From positions 24,911 to 88,910 of the forward strand of contig JAYTOU010000005.1 of the NCBI GenBank assembly GCA_043747615.1: 64,000 bases of DNA. The letters run 5' to 3'. Both the position numbers and the translations under genes were made by a program. Of this stretch, positions 28,450-38,182 are shown in pieces (the first letter of the stretch is position 1; each line of letters begins with the position of its first letter). A model generated the notes under the pieces. The model was given only the letters and a program-made list of their open reading frames with translations. It ran no database searches and was not told the DNA's origin. Origin of the DNA: Myxococcales bacterium. GTDB taxonomy: Bacteria; Myxococcota_A; Polyangia; Polyangiales; Polyangiaceae.

Positions 28450-29786
28450 GCAAGCACACCCACGGCGACGGTCACACGCACGAGCACGACCTTGCCCATG
28501 AGCACGGCCATGATCACGAGCACGCGCATGAGCATCCGCATGCCGAGCACGCGCATCACGATCACGCGCATCACGATCACGCGAAAGAAGCACTCGCGCG
28601 TGGCGCCGGAGCGGGGAAAATAGCTTTTTTCGATGCACCGAGCGGGCTCGCCGGAGACATGACGATCGCCGCGCTCGTCGATCTCGGCGTGCCCGAAGTG
28701 GTGATCGCCGACGCGGTAGCGAAGATTCCCATCACGGGATTTCATCTTCACTTTGGGACGAAGGTGCGGAGCGGCATCGTGGCCTCGTCGTTCGACGTGC
28801 ACGTCGACGCCGCGCAGCCCGAGCGAACGTACAAAGAGATTCGAGAGATCCTCGACCATGCCGATCTCGAGCCCGCCATCCGCGCCCGCGCGCATGCCTC
28901 GTTTCGAAAGCTCGCCGAGGCAGAGGCCATGGTGCACCGAACGTCGCTCGACGACGTTCACTTTCACGAAGTCGGCGCAATCGACGCCATCGTGGACATC
29001 GTCGGGAGCGCGGCGGCTCTCGATTATCTCGGAGCGACGCTGGTGGTCTCTCCGCTCCCGATGGGGCGCGGTTTCGTCAAGGCGCGGCACGGCACGTTGC
29101 CTCTGCCAGCTCCGGCCACGGTGGCCTGCCTCGCGGGCTTCGAGACGTACGACGGAGGTCTCGAGTTCGAGTTCGTGACCCCCACGGGCGCCGCGATCGT
29201 GGCTGCGCACGCCACGCACTCGGCGCGTTGGCCAAGCATGTCTCCCGAGTGCGTAGGCTGGGGAGCGGGGCACGCCGATCTGCGTGATCGCCCGAACCTG
29301 TTGAGGGTCGTTCTCGGCTCGGCGCCGGCCGTCACCGGAGATCACACGGTCATCGAGACGAACGTCGACGACGTCACCGGCGAGCTCGTCGGGAGCGCGA
29401 TGGAGGCACTCTTCGCGGAAGGTGCGCTCGATGTCTGGGCCACACCGATCACCATGAAAAAAGGGCGGCCGGCGCTCACGCTGAGCGCGCTTGCTCCGCG
29501 CGGTCGGGCGGAGGCCGTGGCCCACGCCATGCTGCGGGAGACGACCACCCTCGGTGTGCGGCGCTACGATGTGTCGCGCGTCGAACGACCGCGGCGGAGC
29601 GTCGAGGTACAGACCGCGTACGGGCAGATCTCGGTGAAGATCGCCGAAGGCCCCTTCGGTCCCCCCCAGATCAAACCGGAGTTCGATGCCTGCCTCGCCG
29701 CCGCGAAGCTGCACCACGTGTCGGTTCGCGAAGTCCTCCGCGCCGCCCTCGTCGCCGCCGAAGCGCTTCGTGGGCCCAGCGTTTAA
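28446..29786 (+). CDS. larC: Nickel insertion protein LarC with N-terminal His-rich extension
   Basis: ATGA overlap with larB; SG.AGDM, LAEAEA.VH....VHFHEVGAIDAIVDIVG, HG.LP.PAPAT, TPTGAAI, ETNVDD, MKKGRP, ETTTLGVR, KPEFD. Confidence 0.93.
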   Translation: MSKHTHGDGHTHEHDLAHEHGHDHEHAHEHPHAEHAHHDHAHHDHAKEALARGAGAGKIAFFDAPSGLAGDMTIAALVDLGVPEVVIADAVAKIPITGFHLHFGTKVRSGIVASSFDVHVDAAQPERTYKEIREILDHADLEPAIRARAHASFRKLAEAEAMVHRTSLDDVHFHEVGAIDAIVDIVGSAAALDYLGATLVVSPLPMGRGFVKARHGTLPLPAPATVACLAGFETYDGGLEFEFVTPTGAAIVAAHATHSARWPSMSPECVGWGAGHADLRDRPNLLRVVLGSAPAVTGDHTVIETNVDDVTGELVGSAMEALFAEGALDVWATPITMKKGRPALTLSALAPRGRAEAVAHAMLRETTTLGVRRYDVSRVERPRRSVEVQTAYGQISVKIAEGPFGPPQIKPEFDACLAAAKLHHVSVREVLRAALVAAEALRGPSV

Positions 29787-29795
29787 GCGAGACAC

Positions 29796-29843
29796 GCGCC
29801 TTCCCTCTGCAAAGAATCACACTTTTCGCAAGGGAGGCCGCGC
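29796..29843 (+). terminator. Imperfect GC-rich hairpin just after larC, possible terminator
   Basis: GCGCCTTCCCTCTGCAAAG ... CTTTTCGCAAGGGAGGCCGC inverted repeat starting 10 nt after the stop; only a weak U-tract. Confidence 0.35.
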
Positions 29844-29917
29844 AAGTTTCGCTATGCTGCCGTCGTCACGTCCGTGCTTTTTCTGCGGCGTGGTCAATGA
29901 AAGGCAATGGATTCGCG

Positions 29918-30979
29918 ATGAGCGTGTGCCCGCAGTGTGGCTCGCCCACCAAAGACAACGACAAGTTCTGCAACGGTTGCGGCTATTCGCTCGCGCAAGC
30001 GGCGACTCCCGCAGCGGCCGCACCTCCGCAAGCTGAGTGGGGCGCGCCACCTCCGCCCCAGCCTGCATGGGGAGCCCCTCCGAAGCCCGCCGACAACCAG
30101 ATCCAGCAGGGCTACGTCGCACCCGGCGTCTTTGGTCAGTCCGCGCCGCAGGCTGCCGCTTCACCGTACGGGCCCCCGCCGGGCGCCGCGGTGACCGGGC
30201 AGGGCGGTTACGGTGGTCCGACCGCGCAGCCGAGCTCGCGTTGCCAGCAAGGCCACGAGATTCAACCCGGCGCGAGCTATTGCGCCGCCGGTCACCCGAT
30301 CGCTCTCGACGCCATGCAGTTTGCAAGCGATGCGTATGGAGCGCCCCCGCCCCCCGCGCCGCCGGCGTACCAGCCTCCGACGCCCGCTCAAAATCCGTAC
30401 GGCGCGCCGCAGCAGCCGAACTATGGTGCGTTCGGGAGCGGTCAGCCGCAGCAATCGCAGCAGGGCTACGGGCAGCCGCCGCAGAACTTCGGCTACGGCG
30501 CTCCTAACCAGCCGGCACCTCCGCCGGCATACGCTCCTCAAGCGGCATTCGCGCCGCCTCAGCCTGCGGCCTTTGCCCCGCCCCCGGCGCAGATGGCAGC
30601 GCAGATGGCCGAAGCCCCCCACGCAGGTGCCGGGCAGGTCCCCAATCGCATTTTGCGCGGCTTTTTGTGCTCATTTCAGGCGAACACGCAGGGCGAATTT
30701 TGGCCGCTCCATGGCGGCCGCGTGGGTGTCGGTCGCGCGAATGCCGGAGAGACCGTCGACATCCAGCTCGCCGACGCCACGATTTCGTCGCGTCACGCGG
30801 CTCTCCTCGTCGACAATGTGTCGGGTGCGATCAGCGTCGAGGACACCGGGTCCACGAACGGAACCTACGTGAACGACGAGCACCTTGGCTTCAACGGCCG
30901 CCGCGAGCTCCGAGACGGTGACCGCCTGAGATTCGGCGGATTCACGACCATCGTAAAAGTCATCGGCCGCGTTTCATAA
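29918..30979 (+). CDS. Zinc-ribbon / Pro-Gln-rich linker / FHA domain protein
   Basis: CPQCG...FCNGCG ribbon, second C..GH....YC..GH knuckle, FHA VGR...ISSRHA...STNGTYVN. Confidence 0.85.
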   Translation: MSVCPQCGSPTKDNDKFCNGCGYSLAQAATPAAAAPPQAEWGAPPPPQPAWGAPPKPADNQIQQGYVAPGVFGQSAPQAAASPYGPPPGAAVTGQGGYGGPTAQPSSRCQQGHEIQPGASYCAAGHPIALDAMQFASDAYGAPPPPAPPAYQPPTPAQNPYGAPQQPNYGAFGSGQPQQSQQGYGQPPQNFGYGAPNQPAPPPAYAPQAAFAPPQPAAFAPPPAQMAAQMAEAPHAGAGQVPNRILRGFLCSFQANTQGEFWPLHGGRVGVGRANAGETVDIQLADATISSRHAALLVDNVSGAISVEDTGSTNGTYVNDEHLGFNGRRELRDGDRLRFGGFTTIVKVIGRVS

Positions 30980-31252
30980 AGGCTTGCGCGTCCGCAAAAT
31001 CCGCTAACGTGGGCTACGTGATGGCGCATGAAACGCCCGGACGTGGAGTGCAGCTGCTTCAGCACGCGCCGCCGCTCCTCCAGGTCTGCGAGCGGAACAT
31101 GCACGCGCAGGCTTGGCGTAAGCCGTTCAAGACGGATGTAGGATGCACGTTTTCTCTGCTCGGCTCGGAAGCAGACGAAATCCTCGCCGACTGAAGCGCG
31201 TTCCGAGCGCACTTCATCCTCTTGCCCGCCGGTGGTACCAATGGTCCCGCTC

Positions 31253-33671
31253 ATGAAACGCTTAACTCTGGTGATTTTTCTCGTCTGTGCGGCGCTGCTG
31301 GCGCGCGTGCGTCTCGTTCACGCGGCTCCCGAGGCGCATATCCTTCGGATCGACCCGCGGGCGGGCCTGTCGAACGGTGCGCCGCTCCTCACCACGGTCG
31401 TCGAGGTGGTCCAGTTCAACTCGCTTTCGTCGGTGGTTCAGGCCTGCGCAAACGCAAGCGGCTTCAACCCGACGCTCGATTGCTTGAGCGCGCAGCTCGA
31501 AAAACCGAATGCCGTCTGGAGCCCGTTTCCGTTTCCGGAAGCGAACGCCCGCCTGCTCGTCAAGATCAACGGTGCCGACACGCTGGCCACGCTCGACGGA
31601 AAGCCGGAAAGGTGGGGCGATTCGCAGAAGCATCCGGACGTGGGTACCGCCTGGCTCGTCGTCCTCGATGCGGCGGCGGGGATGGGCAGCCGCTACGGCG
31701 AGGCGCGGGCGATCGCGCGGCAGTTCATCGAGAACATGCAGCCGAACGATCAGATGAACCTCCAGATCTTCGACGACCGCTTTGTCATCCAGAGCTCCAA
31801 AGGCTGGAAGACCTTCAAGGAGCGCAACGATCTCGTCGCTCTCTTGAACGTGCAGCAAGGCACGGGCGTTTCGCACGGACGCGACCGCGCCCTCTTCGGC
31901 CAGTTGAAAGCGATGACCGCCGACGGCTTCGGTTCCCTCGGAAATTCGCAGGGCCCCAGCGATATCCCGCTTCACCAGGCGATGGTGGTTCTCTCGAATG
32001 GATCGGGTCGGAACGACGCAGAGAGCGCCGCCCCGAGCGCCGACGTCTTTCATCAGTTCGTCACCAAGGGCCGCTTCCCCGACGACAACACGTCCTCTCC
32101 GAAGACGCCGCTCCCGGTCATCTCGGTGTGGTTTCCTTCGGCGGGCGGACTCGTGAACGACGTCTTTCGCAACAACGACGAGCAGTTCATGCAAGCCCTC
32201 GCCAACCCTGAGATCGGAGGCTTCTTCGACATCGTCCGCGAAGGCCAGGGCGAGGCGAAGGGCAAGATCATCATCGGGCTCGTGAAGGCGCGCTTCAATT
32301 CGATGTTCATCGCGAAGTGGCGGCTCGCTTGCTTGAACCCGACCGTCGAGCAGACGTTCAACCTCGAGTTCCAGAACGTGAAGCCGGCCATCAAGGGAGA
32401 CGCGAGCTTCAAAGACGTTCCCATCGGGATCGATCCATCGCAGTGGCCGCTCGACGTCGATCTCGCGAAGACCAAGGCCGAAGCGGACGCTAATCCGCTC
32501 TACCCGGGCGGCACGTTCAAGGCGTACGGCAACTTCTGCTGGGGCGGAGACTCGAAGCGCGCGGAGGCCTATTTCATACCAGGCGGCTCGAAGCCCGATC
32601 CGAACGCGAACAGCACCGACCTGGCCACCGTGAAGAAGGCGCAGCAAAATCTCATCGCCCAAAACATGCGCGGCAGCCCGATCGAAGCCGGCGACACGTT
32701 CGTAACCTTCCAGGTGCCCGACGAAGAGAAGGTGCTTGAGGGAAGCGGAGACAACACCGTCGCCCGCGTCCTCATCTACGACAACGCGGCTCACCGCGCG
32801 AGCGGCCACGACGAGAAGACCATCCTCACGCTGAAGGCCCAGAAAAAGCCCTTCAATCTGCCGCTCATCCTCGGCATCGCCGGCGGCCTCGTCGTGCTTC
32901 TGCTCCTCGTGATTGTCGTCCTTCGCGGTGGCGGTGGCGGCGGGCGCACGAAGAAATCACGCGGAGCTCCGCCTGCTCCGATCGTCGCCGGCGGCGGCGG
33001 TGGCTACGGAGCTCCCGGCGGGCAACCCCAAGGTCCGCCCCAAGGTGGGTACGGCGGTGGTGGTGGCTATGGAGCCGCGCCTCCCCACCAGCAACAACAG
33101 CAACAACCGCCGCAGCAACAGCAGCACGCCCCCTACGTCGAGCCCTCTTCGGCCTATGGTGCCCCTCCCGCCGTCGTGCAAGTTCGCTGTCCGGCCTGTC
33201 AGGCGCTGACCATGGCGACGCCGGGCCAGCCGTCGGTCTGCTTCTCGTGCGGTCAGCCGCTCCCGGCAAACATCGCGGAAGGAGGTGGGGGCGCTAATGC
33301 TCCCACGTTTCCCGCTGACGGGAGCGCTGAATGCGCAACCGCTCCAGCCGCCTCCGAACCCGTACGGGGCCGCGCCGCAGGGGGCAACGATCTCCGGGCC
33401 ACCCGGAAATTTTTCGATTCGCCCGGGAGCCGAGGTGCGCGTGGGCCGAGATCCGGCGCAGTGCGTGGTGATGCTTCAAGAGCCGCGCGTGAGCGGCGTC
33501 CACGCCACGTTGAAGTTCGAGCAATCACAGCTCTGGGTGCGTGACGAGACCTCGAACAACGGAACCTACGTGGCGGGGATGCGAATCGCGGCCGGCGTCT
33601 GGACGGTAATTTCTCCCGGTACGCCGCTTCGGTTCGGGCCGATCGACTTCGCCGTGCGCTTGGATACCTGA
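31253..33671 (+). CDS. Exported vWA-like domain / TM / Gly-Pro linker / Zn-ribbon / FHA protein, split by a +1 frameshift near 33311
   Basis: Signal peptide, LVVLDAAAGM vWA start, TM LILGIAGGLVVLLLLVIVVL, CPAC...CFSC. The +1 frame continues PLTGALNAQP...VGR...VSGVHA...SNNGTYV (FHA) to the stop at 33671. Confidence 0.8.
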
Positions 33672-33672
33672 C

Positions 33673-34857
33673 GTGCCGCTTCCCCCGATTGAGTTCGCGT
33701 ACAGAACCGATCCCGGCAAAGACCCCGACAAGCAGGTGAACGAAGACGCTGGCGGTCATCGCGAGACGCGCTTCGGTCACCTCGTCGTGGTGTGCGACGG
33801 AATGGGCGGTCACGAAGGCGGCAAAGAGGCGTCGAACGGCGCGCTCGAAGCCATCTTCCAGGCGTTCGATGACGCAGCCGATGGCACCGCTCCCGCCGAG
33901 GTCCTGCGCGAAGCACTGGTCCTCGCGAACGCCCGCGTCTACGGGCTCGCTTCGGTCGACGAGGAGGCGCGTCCGGGCTCGACGGTGGTGGCGGTGCTCC
34001 TCCATACCGACGGCACCGAGGTCGCGCACGTGGGCGACAGTCGCGCGTACCTGATTCACGCCGCGCGCGTTTCGCAGGTGACGAAGGATCACTCGATGGT
34101 GCAGCAGATGGTGGACGCGCATCTTCTCGCGCCCGAGGAGGCCGCTGGGCATCCGGATGCCAACCGCATTTCGCGTGCGCTCGGGATGCGCGCGACTGTG
34201 GACGTCGAGGTGCGCGCGATGCCCGTGGTGCATGTGGCGGGCGACGCGTTTCTCTTGTGCTCGGATGGGCTCAGCGATCTGGTGACCCCCGACGACATCT
34301 TGAACATCGTCGGGACGGCGCCGCCGGAGCAAGCGGCGGGGCAGCTCCTCGATCTCGCGAACGCACGCGGAGGGCACGACAACATCACAGTCGCCATTCT
34401 CCGCGCCCGCGAGAGCGCGCTCGTTCATGCGACCGCGCTGATGCCGACCCTTCCGCAGACGGTGGCCGATGCCCCGGTTTCACCGCCCGCGGTAGCGGCA
34501 CCTGGCCCGCAGCGCACGCGCGTCGAGTCCGCGGACGAACACGATGACCGATCTGGATCGTCACGAATTTCCCTGTCGGTGGTGCTTGGCATCGCGCTCG
34601 GCCTGGCCGGCGTGGCGATCGCGGGGCTCGCGCTCTACCTGCTCGTCGCCGCCCGCCACAATTCCACCAACGCGCCGGCGTTCGTCGACGCCGGGTTTGC
34701 TTTCAAGGTGAAGGCGCCTTCCACGGTGACAGTCGTCGTTCCCGACCGGGTCCCCGACGTCATCGTTCGCGAGATCGACGCCGGAGAGCTGACGCCCCTC
34801 CTGCCACACAAACCTTTCGTTCCTACATCTGAAGAAGGCTCGCCGCGAAAACGATGA
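33673..34857 (+). CDS. PP2C/PPM-family Ser/Thr phosphatase with C-terminal TM helix
   Basis: NED, VCDGMGGH.GG..AS, GST, HVGDSRAY, TKDHS, LLCSDGL, GG.DNIT; starts 1 nt after the FHA-frame stop. Confidence 0.93.
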   Translation: MPLPPIEFAYRTDPGKDPDKQVNEDAGGHRETRFGHLVVVCDGMGGHEGGKEASNGALEAIFQAFDDAADGTAPAEVLREALVLANARVYGLASVDEEARPGSTVVAVLLHTDGTEVAHVGDSRAYLIHAARVSQVTKDHSMVQQMVDAHLLAPEEAAGHPDANRISRALGMRATVDVEVRAMPVVHVAGDAFLLCSDGLSDLVTPDDILNIVGTAPPEQAAGQLLDLANARGGHDNITVAILRARESALVHATALMPTLPQTVADAPVSPPAVAAPGPQRTRVESADEHDDRSGSSRISLSVVLGIALGLAGVAIAGLALYLLVAARHNSTNAPAFVDAGFAFKVKAPSTVTVVVPDRVPDVIVREIDAGELTPLLPHKPFVPTSEEGSPRKR

Positions 34858-35050
34858 GCAGCCCGACCAGCGTTGCCAGCGCCACGGCAACGAGGGCGAT
34901 GGCGTAGGTCGGCAGACCGTCTCGTGCCATCAAAGTCCCCCCGGTCCGATCAGCCGTGCGTAGTGCACCGTCGCCATGCCGCCGGGACATCACGCCATGG
35001 ATGGCGTAGCGACCGATTTGAATCGGCGGTTTCGCGATCGGTGTAGCCAC
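34823..35050 (-). pseudogene. Deleted Ser/Thr kinase remnant (subdomain I fused to a TM segment)
   Basis: Minus strand reads QIGRYAIHGVM, then after a frameshift GGMATVHYARLIGPGG, followed by hydrophobic YAIALVAVALATLVGLLIVF. Confidence 0.7.
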
Positions 35051-35184
35051 GTGATCGAAGTTAGCAAAAGCCGCTTGCTTTCGGGTGCGCCCGTCGACGT
35101 TTCGCCGCATTCCGACCCTGCTCCGCTGGTCTTTTGGCGCAATCGCCTTGACCGGGGCCCCGAATTTCCGGTTGATGGCTGCCG

Positions 35185-38139
35185 ATGATTCCGGGACAGG
35201 GAAGAGAATTCGCCAGCATCGGAAGCGCGCCCGACAACGACGTCATTCTGCAGGGTGTGGGGGTCGCTCCTCACCACGCGCGGGTCGCGCGGCAGAACGG
35301 GCAGCTATTCTTCGTCGACGGCGGAGCAGGCCCGAGCTTTGCGAACGGATCCCCCGTGGTCGCCCAGCAGCCGATTGCGTTCGACTTCCGCACACAGTTT
35401 TCGGTGGCGCAGACGCCGGTGCCGCTCGCCCATCCCGCGTTCGTGTCGCTCTTGATGACGCCAGGAACGCTGCAGGCGCCGCGTGGTCACGTCGTCATCG
35501 GTCGTGACGCAGCCCGCGCCACTCTGGTCATCGCCCACAGCACCGTGAGCTCGCAGCACGCCACGGTGATGCTCGACCGCATGATGGTCGTCGATCACGG
35601 CTCGACCAGCGGCACCTACCTCGCCGGTCAGCAGATCCCTGCAAATCAGCCTGTTCCCATCGATCCGAACGGCATCATCGCGTTTGGGCCCGTGCCGGTG
35701 CCGGTGGCTCTCCTCGTGCAGATCGCGCAGGCGGTTGCAGGCGTAGCTCCCGGCGGGGCGGCTCAGGCAGGTGCGGCGCACGGAGCTCCTCTCGACACCG
35801 GTGGCAATGGTGGCTCGCGCAAGCACCGCACGGTCATCGGCGAGCTCAGTCTCGAGACGCTGAATACCAGCGTCATCACCATCGGCCGCACGCCCGACAA
35901 CCAGATCGTCGTCGCGCATCCCCAGGTGTCCTCGCGCCACGCGCAGATCGTCAAGAACGGCGAGCAGCTTTTCCTCGAGGATTTGCGCTCGGCGAACGGC
36001 ACCTTCGTGCGCGGCCAGCGCCTCGAGTCGGGGCAGAAAGTTCCGATCGCGAACGGCGAAAAAGTCTTCATCGGACCGATGCCTCTGCTCATCCACATCG
36101 CGGGGCAGCAGGTCAACGTGGTCGTCGAGGACCAGCAAGCGTCCTGGGCGGGCAAGCCGCTCTACGAGATCGAAGCGTGGGATCTCTTCCTCGAGGTCCC
36201 CGATCGCGATCAAAAAGGGCAGATGAAGACCCTGCTCGATCACGTCTCTTTCAAGGCTCTGCCGGGAGACATGATCGCGCTCATGGGGCCGTCTGGAGCG
36301 GGAAAAACAACGCTCCTTCTCACCTTGAACGGCTACAACCCGCCGACGAGCGGGCAGGTTCGAATCAACGGTGAGGACCTCTACCTCATCTACGACGCGC
36401 TCCGCGGATCGATCGGGTACGTCCCGCAGGACGACATCGTTCACCCCGAGCTCACCGTCTTCGAGGCGGTGAAGTACTCCGCGAAGTTCCGCCTTCCTCC
36501 CGATTACTCCGACGCAGAAATCGACGGCCTCGTCGATCAGACGCTGCGCGACCTCGGTCTCGAGACTGTGAGGAATCTCGAGATCGGGAAGCCCGAGAAG
36601 AAGGTGCTCTCGGGCGGCCAGCGAAAGCGCGTGAACATCGCTCTCGAGCTGGTGACCGATCCGGTCATCCTCTTCCTCGACGAGCCGACGAGCGGTCTCG
36701 CGGCGGACGACACGACCGCGCTCGTGAACCTTCTTCACGACCTCACGAAGAAGACCGGCAAGACGATCGTGATGACGATCCATCAGCCGGCGAAGGACGA
36801 GTTCGAAAAATTCAATCTCGCCTTCATCATGGGCTACGGGGGAATTCCAACGTATTTCGGCCCCACGGGAGATCCGGCGTATAAGTTTTTCGGCTCGATC
36901 CTCGAACGTCAGGGCACGCCTCGGAAGATCGACAACCCGCGCGACATGTTCGACATGCTGAGCGTCCGCGAGCGTGGTCTTCAGGAGGAGATGAAGCGGA
37001 GCAATCCGAACGTGACCCGCAACATCGCCCGCCTCGATGCGGCCCGGGGATGGCGCTCGGAGTTTTTTCAGGATCGAAATCCCGTCTATCAAAAGATGTA
37101 CGGCGGCCACCGCGCAGTCGGGACGGAGAAGGCCACGTCCGGCATGCCGCATCGTGCGAGCGTTGCCCTTTTTCGGCAGCTCGGCCTCTTGATGTCGCGG
37201 TACTGGAAGGTGAAGATTCGCGACCGCGCCGGGACGGCGATCATGTTCCTGCAGGCGCCGATCATCGGGATCATGCTTGCGGGAGTCTTTGGCGGACAGA
37301 AGCAAGCGATCCCCTTCTGGTGCCTCGGCGCTCTTCAGGATCTCGCGACTCGCCGGGCCGACGCCACGAACAGCACGGCAAGCCTCTTGAACGAAATGAA
37401 GCCGACGGTGGACCACACCGCCGCGATGTTCTTCGTCGTCGTCAGCTGCGTGTGGTTTGGCACCAGCAACGCGGCGCGCGAGATCGTGACCGAGCGTGCG
37501 ATCTATCTACGCGAGCGCATGGTGAACCTGTCGCTCTTCAACTACGTCATGTCGAAATACGCCATTTTGAGCGTGATTTGCGTGGTTCAGTGCACGATGC
37601 TCCTAACCATCGTCTTCTTCACGCTCGGCTTCGAAGGCGGCCCGGTGGCCTTTCTCATGGAGCTTCTGTCGATGATCGCAGTGTCCATGAACGCGACCGC
37701 GCTCGGTCTCCTGCTCTCCACCCTCGTGAGCTCGGCCGAAGCCGCCATGGCCCTCACGCCGATCGCCCTCATTCCTCAAGTGGTGCTCGGAGGGTTGATG
37801 GTCCCGATGACCACGAACGCGATGCTGAAGCCGCTCATGTACGTGATGCCGGCCCGCTGGGGGTTCCAGGGAGCGATTGCCCAGGAGCGCGCCGCCATCG
37901 CCGGCAACCCTGCGTGGATCATCGATCTCCACAAGCCGGGCCTCACCTCCGCACCCGACTTCGTTTCGAACGGACACTTTCAGTGCGCGACCGCTCAGAT
38001 CGCCAGCGATACGATCGCGGGCGCCTGGGGGTTCGTCGAATGGGACCAGGTGTGGGTCCCCTTCGTGTTCCTCTACGGAATGACGATCGTGATGATGGTT
38101 TTTCTCTTCATCCTGCTGAAGCGTCGCGATCCCGTTTGA
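35185..38139 (+). CDS. FHA-domain ABC transporter (three FHA + ATPase + ABC-2 permease; Rv1747-like fusion)
   Basis: FHA1 IGSAPDND...HHA, FHA2 IGR...SSQHA...STSGT, FHA3 IGR...SSRHA...SANGT; GPSGAGKTT, YVPQDD, LSGGQRKR, FLDEPTSGL, TIHQP; AAREIV.ERAIY.RER permease. Confidence 0.93.
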   Translation: MIPGQGREFASIGSAPDNDVILQGVGVAPHHARVARQNGQLFFVDGGAGPSFANGSPVVAQQPIAFDFRTQFSVAQTPVPLAHPAFVSLLMTPGTLQAPRGHVVIGRDAARATLVIAHSTVSSQHATVMLDRMMVVDHGSTSGTYLAGQQIPANQPVPIDPNGIIAFGPVPVPVALLVQIAQAVAGVAPGGAAQAGAAHGAPLDTGGNGGSRKHRTVIGELSLETLNTSVITIGRTPDNQIVVAHPQVSSRHAQIVKNGEQLFLEDLRSANGTFVRGQRLESGQKVPIANGEKVFIGPMPLLIHIAGQQVNVVVEDQQASWAGKPLYEIEAWDLFLEVPDRDQKGQMKTLLDHVSFKALPGDMIALMGPSGAGKTTLLLTLNGYNPPTSGQVRINGEDLYLIYDALRGSIGYVPQDDIVHPELTVFEAVKYSAKFRLPPDYSDAEIDGLVDQTLRDLGLETVRNLEIGKPEKKVLSGGQRKRVNIALELVTDPVILFLDEPTSGLAADDTTALVNLLHDLTKKTGKTIVMTIHQPAKDEFEKFNLAFIMGYGGIPTYFGPTGDPAYKFFGSILERQGTPRKIDNPRDMFDMLSVRERGLQEEMKRSNPNVTRNIARLDAARGWRSEFFQDRNPVYQKMYGGHRAVGTEKATSGMPHRASVALFRQLGLLMSRYWKVKIRDRAGTAIMFLQAPIIGIMLAGVFGGQKQAIPFWCLGALQDLATRRADATNSTASLLNEMKPTVDHTAAMFFVVVSCVWFGTSNAAREIVTERAIYLRERMVNLSLFNYVMSKYAILSVICVVQCTMLLTIVFFTLGFEGGPVAFLMELLSMIAVSMNATALGLLLSTLVSSAEAAMALTPIALIPQVVLGGLMVPMTTNAMLKPLMYVMPARWGFQGAIAQERAAIAGNPAWIIDLHKPGLTSAPDFVSNGHFQCATAQIASDTIAGAWGFVEWDQVWVPFVFLYGMTIVMMVFLFILLKRRDPV

Positions 38140-38182
38140 CCGCTCGCCGCGGGGGGTTAACCCACACCACCTAGCCCAGCGG

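Noticed and set aside
31253..35050. TerY-P (vWA-PP2C-kinase) defence triad
   Set aside because: The vWA protein is exported, membrane-anchored and MIDAS-less, and the kinase relic is on the opposite strand, so the architecture does not match.
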